Notes: generated by a model from the letters alone, not told the origin. A DNA stretch of 64,000 bases from Macrostomum lignano (GCA_002269645.1 NIVC01000303.1:186001-250000), one strand, 5' to 3'; counted from the stretch's first letter, positions 11,656 to 23,860 are shown. Numbers and translations: made by a program.

Positions 11656-12019
11656 GTAAGGTAAGACAGCCGGGTCATTAAACGCAATTCAATGGAATGT
11701 ATTGGGAACAATATTTTCTACGATGTGCCCGATATCATACTAACATCAATTATGCTTTGTTCATTTCAGAATCCATTTCGAATTTTTCTGATTTGATTGC
11801 AAAAATTTGATTTATTTCAACTCGTAATTTTTCTGAAGCTATTAGTTTTGAAGAACTGGATATTGTGTTTCTTTATTAGTAGATTTTGAATGCGGTGAAA
11901 GGTTTTTGTTTTGGAAATTTTACCATTTGTATTAGTATGATATAATATTAATACTTAATATAAAAGCCCGAACTTTTGATTTATCTATTGAATCCATCCG
12001 AAAGTAGTTTAAATAACCC

Positions 12020-12320
12020 CACCCCTCTCTAAAAAGTACATTGAGCGCCCCAATCCCCTTTCTCCGAAAAGTACATTGGATGCCCCAACCCTTTTCTCCT
12101 AAAAATACAATAAACACCCCAATCCGTCTCTTTAAAAGTACATTGACTACACAACCCTTTTATCCAAAATATTAAACACATCAGACCCTTTCTTTCAAAA
12201 GTACATTGAGTACCCAACTCCATTTCTTCTAAAAGTACATAGAGTACCTGAAACCTTTTCTCAAAAAACTACATTTAGCATTCCGACCCCCTTTCTCTTA
12301 AAAGTACATCGAGTCAAGGA
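12020..12320. repeat. Degenerate ~36 bp intronic tandem repeat (AAAAGTACATTG...CCCTTTTCTC)
   Basis: About 8 diverged copies. Confidence 0.75.
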
Positions 12321-12594
12321 ACAGCTAATATTCACTAGTGCAACACTCTATGTTCTTCATTTGCCCTTAATTGATTACCCTACCACTGTATTCTCAAAGT
12401 ACTCTGAGTACTCTAATCCCTTTTTACCAATTTCAATTTGTTATTTATAATCCAGCTTGATTTAAATTTTGAAAAATTTTAGTTTTGATTTATAAAACCG
12501 GTGATTCGTGATTAGAATTTCTATTAAAAGCCACGAGCTAGTTGTACTGAGATTTAGTTTATTAATTATTTTTCAATTGCAAAACACCTTCCAG

Positions 12595-13043
12595 ACTACT
12601 CACTAACTGGCTGTACTCAGCCTCAAGCTCAGCAACAGCTGGATAGTCAACCAATTTCCGCATTCTACAATCCAACTGAACAGCCGCCGTCACTTCGCCA
12701 GCAGCCGCATTTCCAGGAAAGCCACAACAGCGCGGTGGCTGCTCAGCAGTACCTAATGTACTTTACTACTAACAGTAGCAATCAGCATTGCCAGCAACCA
12801 GATGAACAGCAGCCGCAAACAATGCCAACTAGAAATAGAATCGACGCCACAATATCCGAAGCTATTGGCCAGCCATTCGATAATGCCCCAACCGATCAAG
12901 TGGCAGCAGTAGCAGCAGAAGCAGAAGATTCCACAGCAGCAGCTCTTGGCTTCAGTGCCGACGAGTTTTTGATGCCGCATCCGGAGCCGTTGAGACCGGA
13001 TGTTGAGAATGCTGGCGGCATTGCTGGCCGCCATGATTCCTAG
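12595..13043 (+). CDS. da: E-protein terminal exon (Q/A-rich tail, stop TAG 13041-13043)
   Basis: CCTTCCAG acceptor; open to 13043 in phase 1, matching the 11656 donor; composition like the other exons. Confidence 0.7.
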
Positions 13044-13084
13044 ACGCACTAGCTATATAAAACATACTAAATTCATACTATGAC

Positions 13085-13200
13085 AGCGGGGAGGCCCTGG
13101 CGCAGTCGTCTATGGTTTGTTTATTAAGATTAGAAAGTCCTGGGTTCGATTCCTAATGCATCGGTCAATCCATCCTGAATTAAAGGAAAACACTTTGTGG
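13085..13200 (+). mobile_element. Decayed tRNA-derived SINE head
   Basis: A-box-like TGGCGCAGTCG (~13098) and B-box GGGTTCGATTCC (~13142) at tRNA-like spacing, with no complete cloverleaf. Confidence 0.5.
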
Positions 13201-14027
13201 GATTATCATATAGCATATTCTAAAAGTATATTGCACCTCGACTGAAAATTACTGCATAAAATCCTGCAGATTATCACAATCTGCCGATATGTATCGATGC
13301 ATAATAAAACAATGTTGTGTATCATAGTAACTCCTAAATTCAAAAAAGTGAAGTGGCTGCTTTTGGCAATACTCCAACAGGAATGTAAATAGACTCGTGT
13401 TAATAAAAACATCTCTCAAAAATGGCCCTCTGATTCTTGAGGCTCATTGTTTGATCCAATGTTAGTTTCGCGAGCATTCAGAGCTGCGACCATAAGAGAT
13501 TTGCGTTCGCAGCCGATATGTATCGAAATATAAGTTTTTCGTGCTTTACCGTGATCCAACCCTACAGTACGTCATTTACTTAACATGATTTTATTCATTG
13601 AGCTGATTAATATTAACTGTTCATGCTACTCGTATAAACCTATTTCATATTTAATAATTGCCATTTCAAACCCATTTATTCTCGTACTGTTAAAAATTAA
13701 TGACTTGATAAAACTGCATAAAATTAATCCTGCTCTGCATGCAATGTACTACTCATTCATTAAACAGCCTATTTCTCTTTTGAAAAAAAAACTGCAAAAC
13801 TCTGGCACTGCGCGTTTGACAGCACAAAATTTATGCTTGCACAGAAACTGTAAACAGGTTGTGCTCGTCAGATTGATTTTTCTGTCACATGGAGCTATCG
13901 TCATTCTGATAACATGTTGCTGACCTTTTCACTAATAAATCATTTTCACTGGCAAAAATCTTTTAAGTTTCTTACTGCCTTCTGACTAACTCAAATACAG
14001 CACTCACGACGGATTACGAGTAACTCC

Positions 14028-16340
14028 TGTGCCTCTCCCTGTGCCTCTCCCTGTGTCTCTCCCTGTGCCTCTCCCTGTGCCTCTCCCTGTGCCTCTCCCT
14101 GTGTCTCTCCCTGTGCCTCTCCCTGTGTCTCTCCCTGTGTCTCTCCCTGTGCCTCTCCCTGTGTCTCTCCCTGTGTCTCTCCCTGTGCCTCTCCCTGTGT
14201 CTCTCCCTGTGCCTCTCCCTGTGTCTCTCCATTTGTTTCTCCCTGTGTCTCTTCATTTGTCTCTCCCTGTGTCTCTCCCTGTGTCTCTCCCTGTGCCTCT
14301 CCCTGTGTCTCTCCCTGTGTCTCTCCCTGTGCCTCCCCCTGTGCCTCTCCCTGTGCCTCTCCCTGTGTCTCTCCCTGTGCCTCCCCCTGTGTCTCTCCCT
14401 GTGCCTCTCCCTGTGCCTCCCCCTGTGTCTCTCCCTGTGCCTCTCCCTGTGTCTCTCCCTGTGCCTCTCCCTGTGTCTCTCCCTTATCTCTCCCTGTGCC
14501 TCTCCCTGTGCCTCTCCCTGTGCCTCTCCCTGTGCCTCTCCCTGTGCCTCTCCCTGTGCCTCTCCCTGTGTCTCTCCCTGTGCCTCTCCCTGTGTCTCTC
14601 CCTGTGCCTCTCCCTGTGTCTCTCCCTTATCTCTCCCTGTGCCTCTCCCTGTGCCTCTCCCTGTGCCTTTCCCTGTGCCTCTCCCTGTGTCTCTCCCTGT
14701 GCCTCTCCCTGTGTCTCTCCCTGTGCCTCTCCCTGTGTCTCTCCCTTATCTCTCCCTGTGCCTCTCCCTGTGTCTCTCCCTTATCTCTCCCTGTGCCTCT
14801 CCCTGTGCCTCTCCCTGTGCCTCTCCCTGTGCCTCTCCCTGTGCCTCTCCCTGTGCCTCTCCCTGTGTCTCTCCCTGTGTCTCTCCCTGTGCCTCTCCCT
14901 GTGTCTCTCCCTGTGCCTCTCCCTGTGTCTCTCCCTTATCTCTCCCTGTGCCTCTCCCTGTGCCTCTCCCTGTGCCTTTCCCTGTGCCTCTCCCTGTGTC
15001 TCTCCCTGTGCCTCTCCCTGTGTCTCTCCCTGTGCCTCTCCCTGTGTCTCTCCCTTATCTCTCCCTGTGCCTCTCCCTGTGCCTCTCCCTTATCTCTCCC
15101 TGTGTCTCTCCCTGTGTCTCTCCCTGTGTCTCTTCCTGTGTCTCTTCTTGTGTCTCTCCATGTGTCTCTCCCTGTGTCTCTCCCTGTGTCTCTTCCTGTG
15201 TCTCTTCCTGTGTCTCTTCCTGTGTCTCTCCCTGTGTCTCTTCCTGTGTCTCTCCCTGTGTCTCTCCCTGTGTCTCTCCATTTGTCTCTCCCTGTGTCTC
15301 TCCCTGTGTCTCTCCCTGTGTCTCTCCATTTGTCTCTTCCTGTGTCTCTTCCTGTGTCTCTCCCTGTGTCTCTCCCTGTGTCTCTCCCTGTGTCTCTACC
15401 TGTGTCTCTCCATGTGTCTCTCCCTGTGTCTCTCCATTTGTCTCTCCCTGTGTCTCTCCCTGTGTCTCGATCCATGTGTCTCTCCCTGTGTCTCTCCATT
15501 TGTCTCTCCCTGTGTCTCTTCCTGTGTCTCTCCCTGTGTCTCTCCCTGTGTCTCTCCATTTGTCTCTCCCTGTGTCTCTCCCTGTGTCTCTCCCTGTGTC
15601 TCTCCCTGTGTCTCTCCCTGTGTCTCTCCCTGTGTCTCTCCCTGTGTCTCTTCCTGTGTCTCTTCTTGTGTCTCTCCATGTGTCTCTCCCTGTGTCTCTC
15701 CCTGTGTCTCTCCCTGTGTCTCTCCCTGTGTCTCTCCCTGTGTCTCTCCCTGTGTCTCTTCCTGTGTCTCTTCTTGTGTCTCTCCATGTGTCTCTCCCTG
15801 TGTCTCTCCCTGTGTCTCTCCCTGTGTCTCTCCATGTGTCTCTTTCTGTGTCTCTCCATTTGTCTCCCCCTGTGTCTCTCCCTGTGTCTCTCCCTGTGTC
15901 TCTCCCTGTGTCTCTCCCTGTGTCTCTCCCTGTGTCTCTCCCTGTGTCTCTCCCTGTGTCTCTCCCTGTGTCTCTCCCTGTGTCTCTCCCTGTGTCTCTC
16001 CCTGTGTCTCTTCCTGTGTCTCTTCTTGTGTCTCTCCATGTGTCTCTCCCTGTGTCTCTCCCTGTGTCTCTCCCTGTGTCTCTCCATGTGTCTCTTTCTG
16101 TGTCTCTCCATTTGTCTCCCCCTGTGTCTCTCCCTGTGTCTCTCCCTGTGTCTCTCCCTGTGTCTCTCCCTGTGTCTCTCCCTGTGTCTCTCCCTGTGCC
16201 TCTCCCTGTGCCTCTCCCTGTGTCTCTCCCTGTGTCTCTTCCTGTGTCTCTTCTTGTGTCTCTCCATTTGTCTCTCTCTTTGTCTCTCCCTGTGTGTCTC
16301 TTCACCCTCCCTGGTGTCTCTCCCACCTCCCTGGTGTCTC
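14028..16340. repeat. Minisatellite, 12 bp CCTGTG(C/T)CTCTC
   Basis: About 190 units with a C-to-T variant gradient left to right; the long ORFs are repeat translations. Confidence 0.98.
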
Positions 16341-16510
16341 TCCAACCCCGTGTCTCCCGTTGAGGTCCAGACGGTAAGATTTTTTCAACTTGGCACAGCG
16401 CTTGCAACAGCCCTTCGGATGACCAACGACAACGGGATCTAGGTTGCCACGGACTTCCGGGTTGATAAGTGCACTGAGAGGTCTCTGCCTGATGGGAGAG
16501 CAATATTCTA

Positions 16511-18238
16511 TCAGCTTATTAGCTGATAAAAGAGGGATTCACAGCTGAACACCTGCAGTCTGCTGTTGCCATAGTAAGATACAATCAGCTGCTCGCGCGG
16601 ACCTCCCGTCACCACCGCCAGACCCAATGGAACGTTGAATCTGCCGTCTTCACTGCCGCTCTCGCCCGGAGTCCCCAGAGTCCACAGCAGCGACCCGTCG
16701 TCTGCAGCCACAGCACGCACTGAGTGACCAGCGAAATCACTCACGAACAGGCGGCCTCTGCTGTCGACGGCCACACCCCTTGGATAAGCAAACTGTTGGA
16801 GACCGGTACGCTGAGTCGGGAAGGAGGCGACCAGCTGCTGGGTGTCGATGCGCACTCTGTGCACCTGATTGTGCATCCTGTCTGTCACCAAAATGCAGTT
16901 GTCGTGAGTCGCCAGGTTACCCAGTGCAGCATGAGGAAGCTGAGACAGCGTGATGACCGTCTCCATCTGCCAAGTCGCTTTGCTGAATGCAGCAATTTGG
17001 TTTCCACTGGACACAAACACGGAGGCTGCGTTGCCGCCGATTCCCATGATGTCACCGAAGCCCTCGATGTGTGGGCGGACTCAACGCACCGCGCGACCGC
17101 TCAGGTCCGTCACTGTCACTGCCTCAGACTGAGCAATGAACAGCAGCTGACGGTCGCAGTGAAGGCCACAGATGTACTTCTTCCAGTCAATGTCGCAGTG
17201 ACACCGCAGCTTCTGTGAGCCGTCCACAGACAGCACCAGTAGGTGGTCTCTGTTCAGACAAAATGATGCAAGGATGCAGGGTTGAGGCAGAGCCTCGCTG
17301 CCGTCTCCCGCTGAGTCGGCGGGAACCACACGGCCTGAGCGGTCACGAACGAATCCGCTTGTGTCGCTGCACACAGCCAGCCATGCAGCATCGCCATCCA
17401 GCTTCACCTCGTGACTGAAGACCATGGGCTTAAAAATTCTCTCTCTCTGAGCAGCTATATCTCTGTCTATCTCCTCGGATGTCGCGGTCACCGCAGCGTC
17501 TCTCGACCAGTCGCCCTCTTCACTGCGTCCCGCACAAATGCTGACCAGCCGCTCGAGCTGGGCCAGAAGCCGCAGCTGCAGCTCCTCATTGTCGCTCTGG
17601 TCTCTGAGCAGGCGCTCTGACCTCTCAAAGTCGGCCTCCAAGTCTCCAAGCGATTCGTGCATGGACTGGACCAGGCGAAGCAGCTCCGCCATGTCGCCTG
17701 CAGCCTCCGCCGTGGCCACCTCCTGCTTGTAGCTGGAGACGTCCTCGAGGTCCCGCTCGCACACACGCACTGTCTCAAGCACACCTGAGAGCTGGCCCGT
17801 CACCCTGCTACGAAAAGAGTCGATGTGTTGCTGTACCAAATCGAATTTGTGATTGACCTCTTGCAGCTGCTGTTGGATGTCGAGAGCGAGACGACGCAGC
17901 GACTCAGCGTCTTGTCTTGGTCGCAGCAGCTCTGCACGGCCAGCTGCACCTTCTGCGCCTTGTGACTCTTGTGACTCTTGTGACTCTTGTGACTCTTGTG
18001 ACTCTTGTGACTCTTGTGACTCTTGTGACTCTTGTGAGTAGGCACGCAGCAGCTCTTCGACCTCCTCCTTGAGCTTGAATAGATTGGCCACATCGACACT
18101 GAGGTGTTGACTGCACATGTGGCTGCGGGAGAACGAAGCCACACCGACTGCAGCTTGGTCGCAGATGATGCAGAGAGGAGTTGGGGTAGCGGCAGGCGCT
18201 TCCGAACTCGAGCTGTCGCTGGAGTCTCTGAGGCTCAT
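16511..18238 (-). pseudogene. B-box-like/coiled-coil/NHL-repeat protein, copy 1, in-frame TGA at 17081-17083
   Basis: Paralogous to 23861-25663 and 33324-35114. ORFs 17081-18238 and 16511-17047 are in the same frame, split by one TGA (CGA in copy 2, CAA in copy 3). Also a Cys-to-Ser change in the Zn motif. Confidence 0.8.
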
Positions 18239-18269
18239 CTTGTGGGCGATCTGAATAACTGAGAGGATG

Positions 18270-18365
18270 GGAGACTCAGGTCAGGTGGGAGACTCAGGTC
18301 AGGTGGGAGACTCAGGTCAGGTGGGAGACTTAGGTCAGGTGGGAGACTCAGGTCAGGTGGGAGAC
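18270..18365. repeat. Short tandem repeat, 18 bp GGGAGACTCAGGTCAGGT, ~5 copies
   Basis: Read directly. Confidence 0.9.
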
Positions 18366-19529
18366 AAGGCCCATGATGGAACAAGCAATCAGTAATGTCC
18401 TGCAGTCATATCACGGCACAGAAATTCGGATTAAAACGAACAGAACTCAGATATTAATAACCCAGCTCACCTTCACAATTGTGCAAAAGTCAGGGTGAGG
18501 CGTTGTGCTGTTCCAGTCTCTAGATTGGGGTCTTAGTAGCTCGAGCCACAGCCACAGCTGCTGATATAACTCAAATCTGAGCCCAGCAGCGGTTGCTATC
18601 AGCAGTTGCCATGGTTACCAAACTGCGGGACAGTCAGGCAGCCAGCAAAGCCGCACTGCACACAGATAAAGCTGATTCTACCGCACACAGACTCAAAGCT
18701 CTGGGTGCAGCTGCTTATCTTTAATTTGAGCTCAATTTCGCAGTTGTGGCTCTGCGCAACCTGATCACGCTCTGTGAGCTGAGTTGGATCGAACTCCAGA
18801 CCTTCTTATCATTGACTGCTCAACCTACCCAACCTGGGTCTCTGGTATTTCTCCCATCCCTGACCCCAACTGAGCACAGGTGTGCTTCTCCAAGTAGGGA
18901 AACTTCTACTCCCACAGGGGGGAGACAGGTGGCGATGCCATCACCCACAGCGGTCCCTGGCACTTCCCGTCAGCAGCGGCAGCCGGAGGACGGGTCTATG
19001 AAATTTGCTTGCGAGGTTTGCCAGCCAAAGTTTTGCGGAACCTTAAAGAACCTATTTTTGAGCTCTTGTATTTCTAATTTTCATTTTCTAAGATTCGTGG
19101 AAGTCGCCTATAGTGTCATGATTTTGTATGAGGATATGGCGGATTATTAATTACATTTTATATACTAAAATATTATTAGTATATGCATTATTATACATTA
19201 GCATTACTGCAAATATCATAACTGCTCAATCGTGCTGAAATCAGGAACTACAAAGATTTATACTGTTACCGATCCCTATCTACCTATACTAAATCTCTAA
19301 GCATTCTATATACTAAATTCTTAGAATGAAACTCTATAAGCCTAGTTTGAAAGCTCAGTGTCAAGTCAGTTTACGTCGACTGATAAGAATCCACTTGCAA
19401 AGCATCTGTAGTAAGTAATAATTGACTGACCAACTTTACAAGCAATCAAAACAAGCAACCAAACAAGAAAATAATTCTGCAAGTTAAAACCTGGCGATTG
19501 TGTGATTGCAAATTTCTAGAAAGCAGACA

Positions 19530-20250
19530 TCAAAATTTCGCAAGCAAAGCTCGGCAAGCAAACTTCGGCAAGCAAAGTTAGGCAAGCAAAATTCCTGCAA
19601 GCAAAGCTCGGCAAGCAAAGTTCGGCAAGCAAAATTCTGCAAGCAAAGCTCGGCAAGCAAAGTTCGGCAAGCAAAATTCCTGCAAGCAAAGTTCGGCAAG
19701 CAAAGTTCGGCAAGCAAAGTTCGGCAAGCAAAATTCTGCAAGCAAAGCTCGGCAAGCAAAGTTCGGCAAGCAAAGTTCGGCAAGCAAAGTTCGGCAAGCA
19801 AAATTCTGCAAGCAAAGCTCGGCAAGCAAAGTTCGGCAAGCAAAATTCCTGCAAGCAAAGTTCGGCAAGCAAAGTTCGGCAAGCAAAGTTCGGCAAGCAA
19901 AATTCTGCAAGCAAAGTTCGGCAAGAAAAGTTCGGCAAGCAAAGTTCGGCAAGCAAAGTTCGGCAAGCAAAGTTCGGCAAGCAAAATTCTGCAAGCAAAG
20001 TTCGGCAAGCAAAGTTCGGCAAGCAAAGTTCGGCAAGCAAAATTCTGCAAGCAAAGTTCGGCAAGCAAAGTTCGGCAAGCAAAGTTCGGCAAGCAAAGTT
20101 CGGCAAGCAAAGTTCGGCAAGCAAAGCTCGGCAAGCAAAGTTCGGCAAGCAAAGTTCGGCAAGCAAAGTTCGGCAAGCAAAGTTCGGCAAGCAAAGTTCG
20201 GCAAGCAAAGTTCGGCAAGCAAAGTTCGGCAAGCAAACTTCCCGCAAGCA
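19530..20250. repeat. Minisatellite, 14 bp GCAAGCAAAGTTCG with variants
   Basis: About 50 units; 14-aa period in translations. Confidence 0.97.
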
Positions 20251-20399
20251 AACGTCGTACTCCCCTGAGTGCCTGCACAAAATCTGTGTCCACGTGGACG
20301 GGACACTGAACGACACCCGGGTAGAAGTCGCAGTTGCTCATAGTGACGACTTCCTCTGAGTCAGCTCGGCATTGAAGTCTGCGGTTTGCCGATGGTCTC

Positions 20400-21860
20400 A
20401 GAGCGAGACTTGAGCAGTTGTTGGCCAACCGCACTCAGATCTTCTATGATGAGGCGTTACTGTCTGAGGACCAACGTTACCGCTGGTTCCAGTTATGATG
20501 GTGCCACACACTCGCGAATGATGGTATCACATAACCTGCTCCACGGTTTTGGCCTCCGCCAAACTTTGTTTGGGGCGGACTGGACCGGCTTCAGAAGGGA
20601 CCTTAACCTCACCGCCATCCAAAAAGTCAACACACCGCCAACTGCTAGCAGAAAAATAGCTACTCACCTTGGTGGAACAAAGGAACTCATTTGAAGAAAA
20701 ACTCTCTTTGCTTGCAGCGGATTGCAAGCCAGAAAACATCTCAGGGGACTGAAAGACATATAAATCGGCTGCTAGAAGGCCAAAAAGAGACAACTGAAAG
20801 GCCGAAAATAGACACCTGGAAGGCCAAAAAGAGACATCAGGAAGGCCAAAAAGAGACATCAGGAAGGCCAAAAAGAGACATCAGGAAGGCCAAAAAGAGA
20901 CATCAGGAAGGCCAAAAAGAGACATCAGGAAGGCCAAAAAGAGACATCAGGAAGGCCAAAAAGAGACACCTGGAAGGCCAAAAAAGAGACACCAGGAAGG
21001 CCAAAAAGCGACATCAGGAAGGCCAAAAAGAGAGACACCAGGAAGGCCAAAGAAAGAGACATCAGGAAGGCCAAAAAGTGACATTTGGAAGGCCAAAAAG
21101 AGACACCAGGAAGGCCAAAAAAGAGACATCAGGAAGGCCAAAAAGAGACAGCAGGAAGGCACCAGCACATGACATGACAACCTGGTCCAGTGCAACTCGC
21201 TCCCACACAAGAATGATAACTATTCCAGAATCACTGAAGACTCATTCAAGCTGCTCTTCTCTTCATGCTTCCCAATTGGCCCCGAGAAAATCGCATGGAT
21301 AAATGTCGCTCACTGTGTTTTGCAGGAAGCAGTCAAGATGCAGAGTTTCTCAGACCTCATCATTAACTGCTTCACCACAGGCTACATCCTCACTAATTGG
21401 AGGACTTACCAGGTCGGTCTTCATCCCAAGCCCGCCTAAGGCTACTAACTATTACTAGGGTGAAATCCTTCCGCTCCATCAGCCCAACATTCTTCTGCAT
21501 TAAGTTGATGGAGCGAGTCATCTTGCGTAGGCGGAGCACCAATTCGCCTTTCAACCATGTAAAACAGCCAAGCAAGCACTGCGTGTTGTAACCTCAGCCA
21601 TTGAGAAGGCTATTGTCAGCAAGCAGATAGCCTGTGGGCCTTCTGTGATATCAAAGGGGCCTTTGACAATTTATAAACAGTGGCTCCTTCACAGACTCCC
21701 TTTACATAAAAGGTCATAAGAACAAAAACTAGCAATGTACGATGGATCGAATACATGATTCGCCATTGGCACCCATGCGGTGATGATCGAAGGGCGAAGC
21801 TCGAGGCGGGGTGCTCACCATAACTGCTCTCGAACCTCGTGATGGACAACTCCTGACAGC
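20400..21860 (+). mobile_element. Decayed non-LTR retrotransposon ORF2 (R1/LOA-like), endonuclease end to RT
   Basis: Frameshifted motifs: LSEDQRYRWF (SDHRY-like), ADWTGF, KSFRSISPTFFCIKLMERVI, DIKGAFDN (~21650), GGVL..LLSNLVMDN (~21800-21850). Confidence 0.75.
20775..21160. repeat. Minisatellite, 22 bp GAAGGCCAAAAAGAGACATCAG, inside the LINE remnant
   Basis: About 17 units. Confidence 0.95.
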
Positions 21861-22419
21861 TGACGTCCCTGTAGCAGCGTCATCAGAGCCTGCAACGCAG
21901 AAGACATCAAAAAGCCATGGACCTGACAGCACATCAGCTCCCAAGACGGTACGGTGGATCTGTGCGGGCATCATCCGCCCCAGAATCTCTTGCGCGTCCT
22001 TCATCTGGTCCAGCTCGCTAGAGCTGAAGATTCATTCTCTCGACATCTCCCCAACATTTCGTCACTTCACCGACATCTCGCCGACACATCCTTAACGTTT
22101 CCCCCATCAATTCCTTCTTTCGTTTCCTCTGCCACAGCTCCAGGCCAGGGTCGCAGCGGTGCCCAGTCTGTCAGCGGGACAGTCGGTGCAGTGACAGCTC
22201 GGCACCAGCTCTGCACTTTTGCGCTGCCCCCCCCGGGTGGCAACGGTTGAGTTGATGTGGGAATTCACCAAGTCTAGCCGTCTGTGAGAGCCTGGAATGC
22301 TCTGCATCAGGGGGGATTTTGTAGGCTCAGTTAATTCAAAAACCATCCAAATATACTAAATCTTGCGATACTAAATGCATCAGTGGCTCATGCAGTCTTC
22401 AGTTGCTGGAGTCACAACC

Positions 22420-22615
22420 CAAATCATCATCCCATATCTCTATCCCAGATCCCCATCCCAGATCCTCATCCCAGATCCCCATCTCAGATAGCTATCCCAG
22501 ATCCCCATCCCAGATCCTCATCCCAGATCCCCATCTCAGATAACTATCCCAGATCCCCATCCCAGATCCTCATCCCAGATCCCCATCCCAGATCCCCATC
22601 CCAGATCCCCATGCT
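22420..22615. repeat. 13 bp tandem repeat ATCCCCATCCCAG
   Basis: About 14 units. Confidence 0.9.
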
Positions 22616-23860
22616 CAGATCGCCTATTCCAGTTAAATTCATTTGCAGGCAGCCAGCTTCCAATCTGCATCAAAGCCCTGTAAAATTTGCACTTCTTGTC
22701 CGTCATCTCTGCGTAGATTTGCCTTCACTTTTTCACACGCAGCTTAGAAGGTGCATCTGGAGTTCCTGACAGCGCTTTGATGTAGCTACATGAAAATTGA
22801 GTTGGTATTATACACTCAGTTGTGACATCTGCAGTTTCTACTTTCCAAAACACTCATATTTTAACAATATTCTCTCAGCTAAAAACACCTGTTCCCATGC
22901 ATAGAAAACACACAGCAGTGACCCACTGAGGAAAATGCAACACAGAAGCGAGCGCTGAGTCTGCAGTGAGTGAAATATTTCAATATCTTGGCGTCAGGGA
23001 CTCTCACTGCAGTGGCTGTCTGTGATTTTTATTCCGAGTGTCGGAGCCAAAATAGCTGAGGCGGCAATTCAACCGACTTTTCCTGATGATGCAGTCACAA
23101 GGGTGACTCACAGTCCGATGTATTTGATGTCAATTTAGTGTCAATCACAGTGATGCTGGCTTACAACAGAGAGTGCATGGGCAGCCACTCCAAGTCAGGA
23201 GTTTCCGAATATTTTGAGCTCGCTCTGAGGTTCTGCTGAGGGGAGTCCTAGGAGTCCTTTGCTAGGATCAGCTGGGCTAATCTGCTCACTTCGAGTAGTT
23301 CGGCTGAGACTGCCTGCTCAGGTCGGAGAAAGTTTAGTGCACGTGCGAGGGAGAGAGGGCGGAGCTTCTTGATTTGTTTAACATGGGGTTTAACAGCATT
23401 TTCAGTCATTTACAGATTTCCATTGTACATTGCTGCTTGCTATTGGCTGAGGCTGGGGTCTCTGCATCAGCTTCTGCTTGTTTGAGCAGTTTCATTGGTT
23501 GGCAATACACTCACAGCTGAATAGCATTTTAAGGTCCGATTATAGTTTAGGAGAAAAATATAATTATGAAATCAGGAGAGCCGGTTAAAAGAGAAATGAC
23601 ATCATATTTGACATCGGCTCTGACAGAAAAGGTTAAGCGTAGAGGCTGCATATAATACGAGCTATCAAGGAAAAATTGATGCAATATCAAAACTGGCTTG
23701 CTTTTAAATCAAGTAGGTTGCAGAGCAAACTGAGGAGGCGGTTTGGAGAAAACTTTGGAAGCGCGCGAATGATAAAAATTATTGAACAGTTGAGGGTCAA
23801 AAGCCGAAGTTGAATAAAGTACAAATAATTCATAAAGTTTAATGTGCTTAATTAATAGAA

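Noticed and set aside
14029-16503. ORFs of 470-780 aa (PVSL/CLSL/RHRE/RDTG repeats)
   Set aside because: Translations of a stop-free 12-bp minisatellite open in most frames; no splice context or unique domain.
17081-17083. TGA as selenocysteine or programmed readthrough
   Set aside because: Paralogues have Arg/Gln here, not Cys; one C-to-T change explains it; no SECIS recognised.
18770-18860. Minus-strand B-box (GAGTTCGATCC) suggesting a tRNA or SINE
   Set aside because: No convincing A box or cloverleaf; too little evidence.
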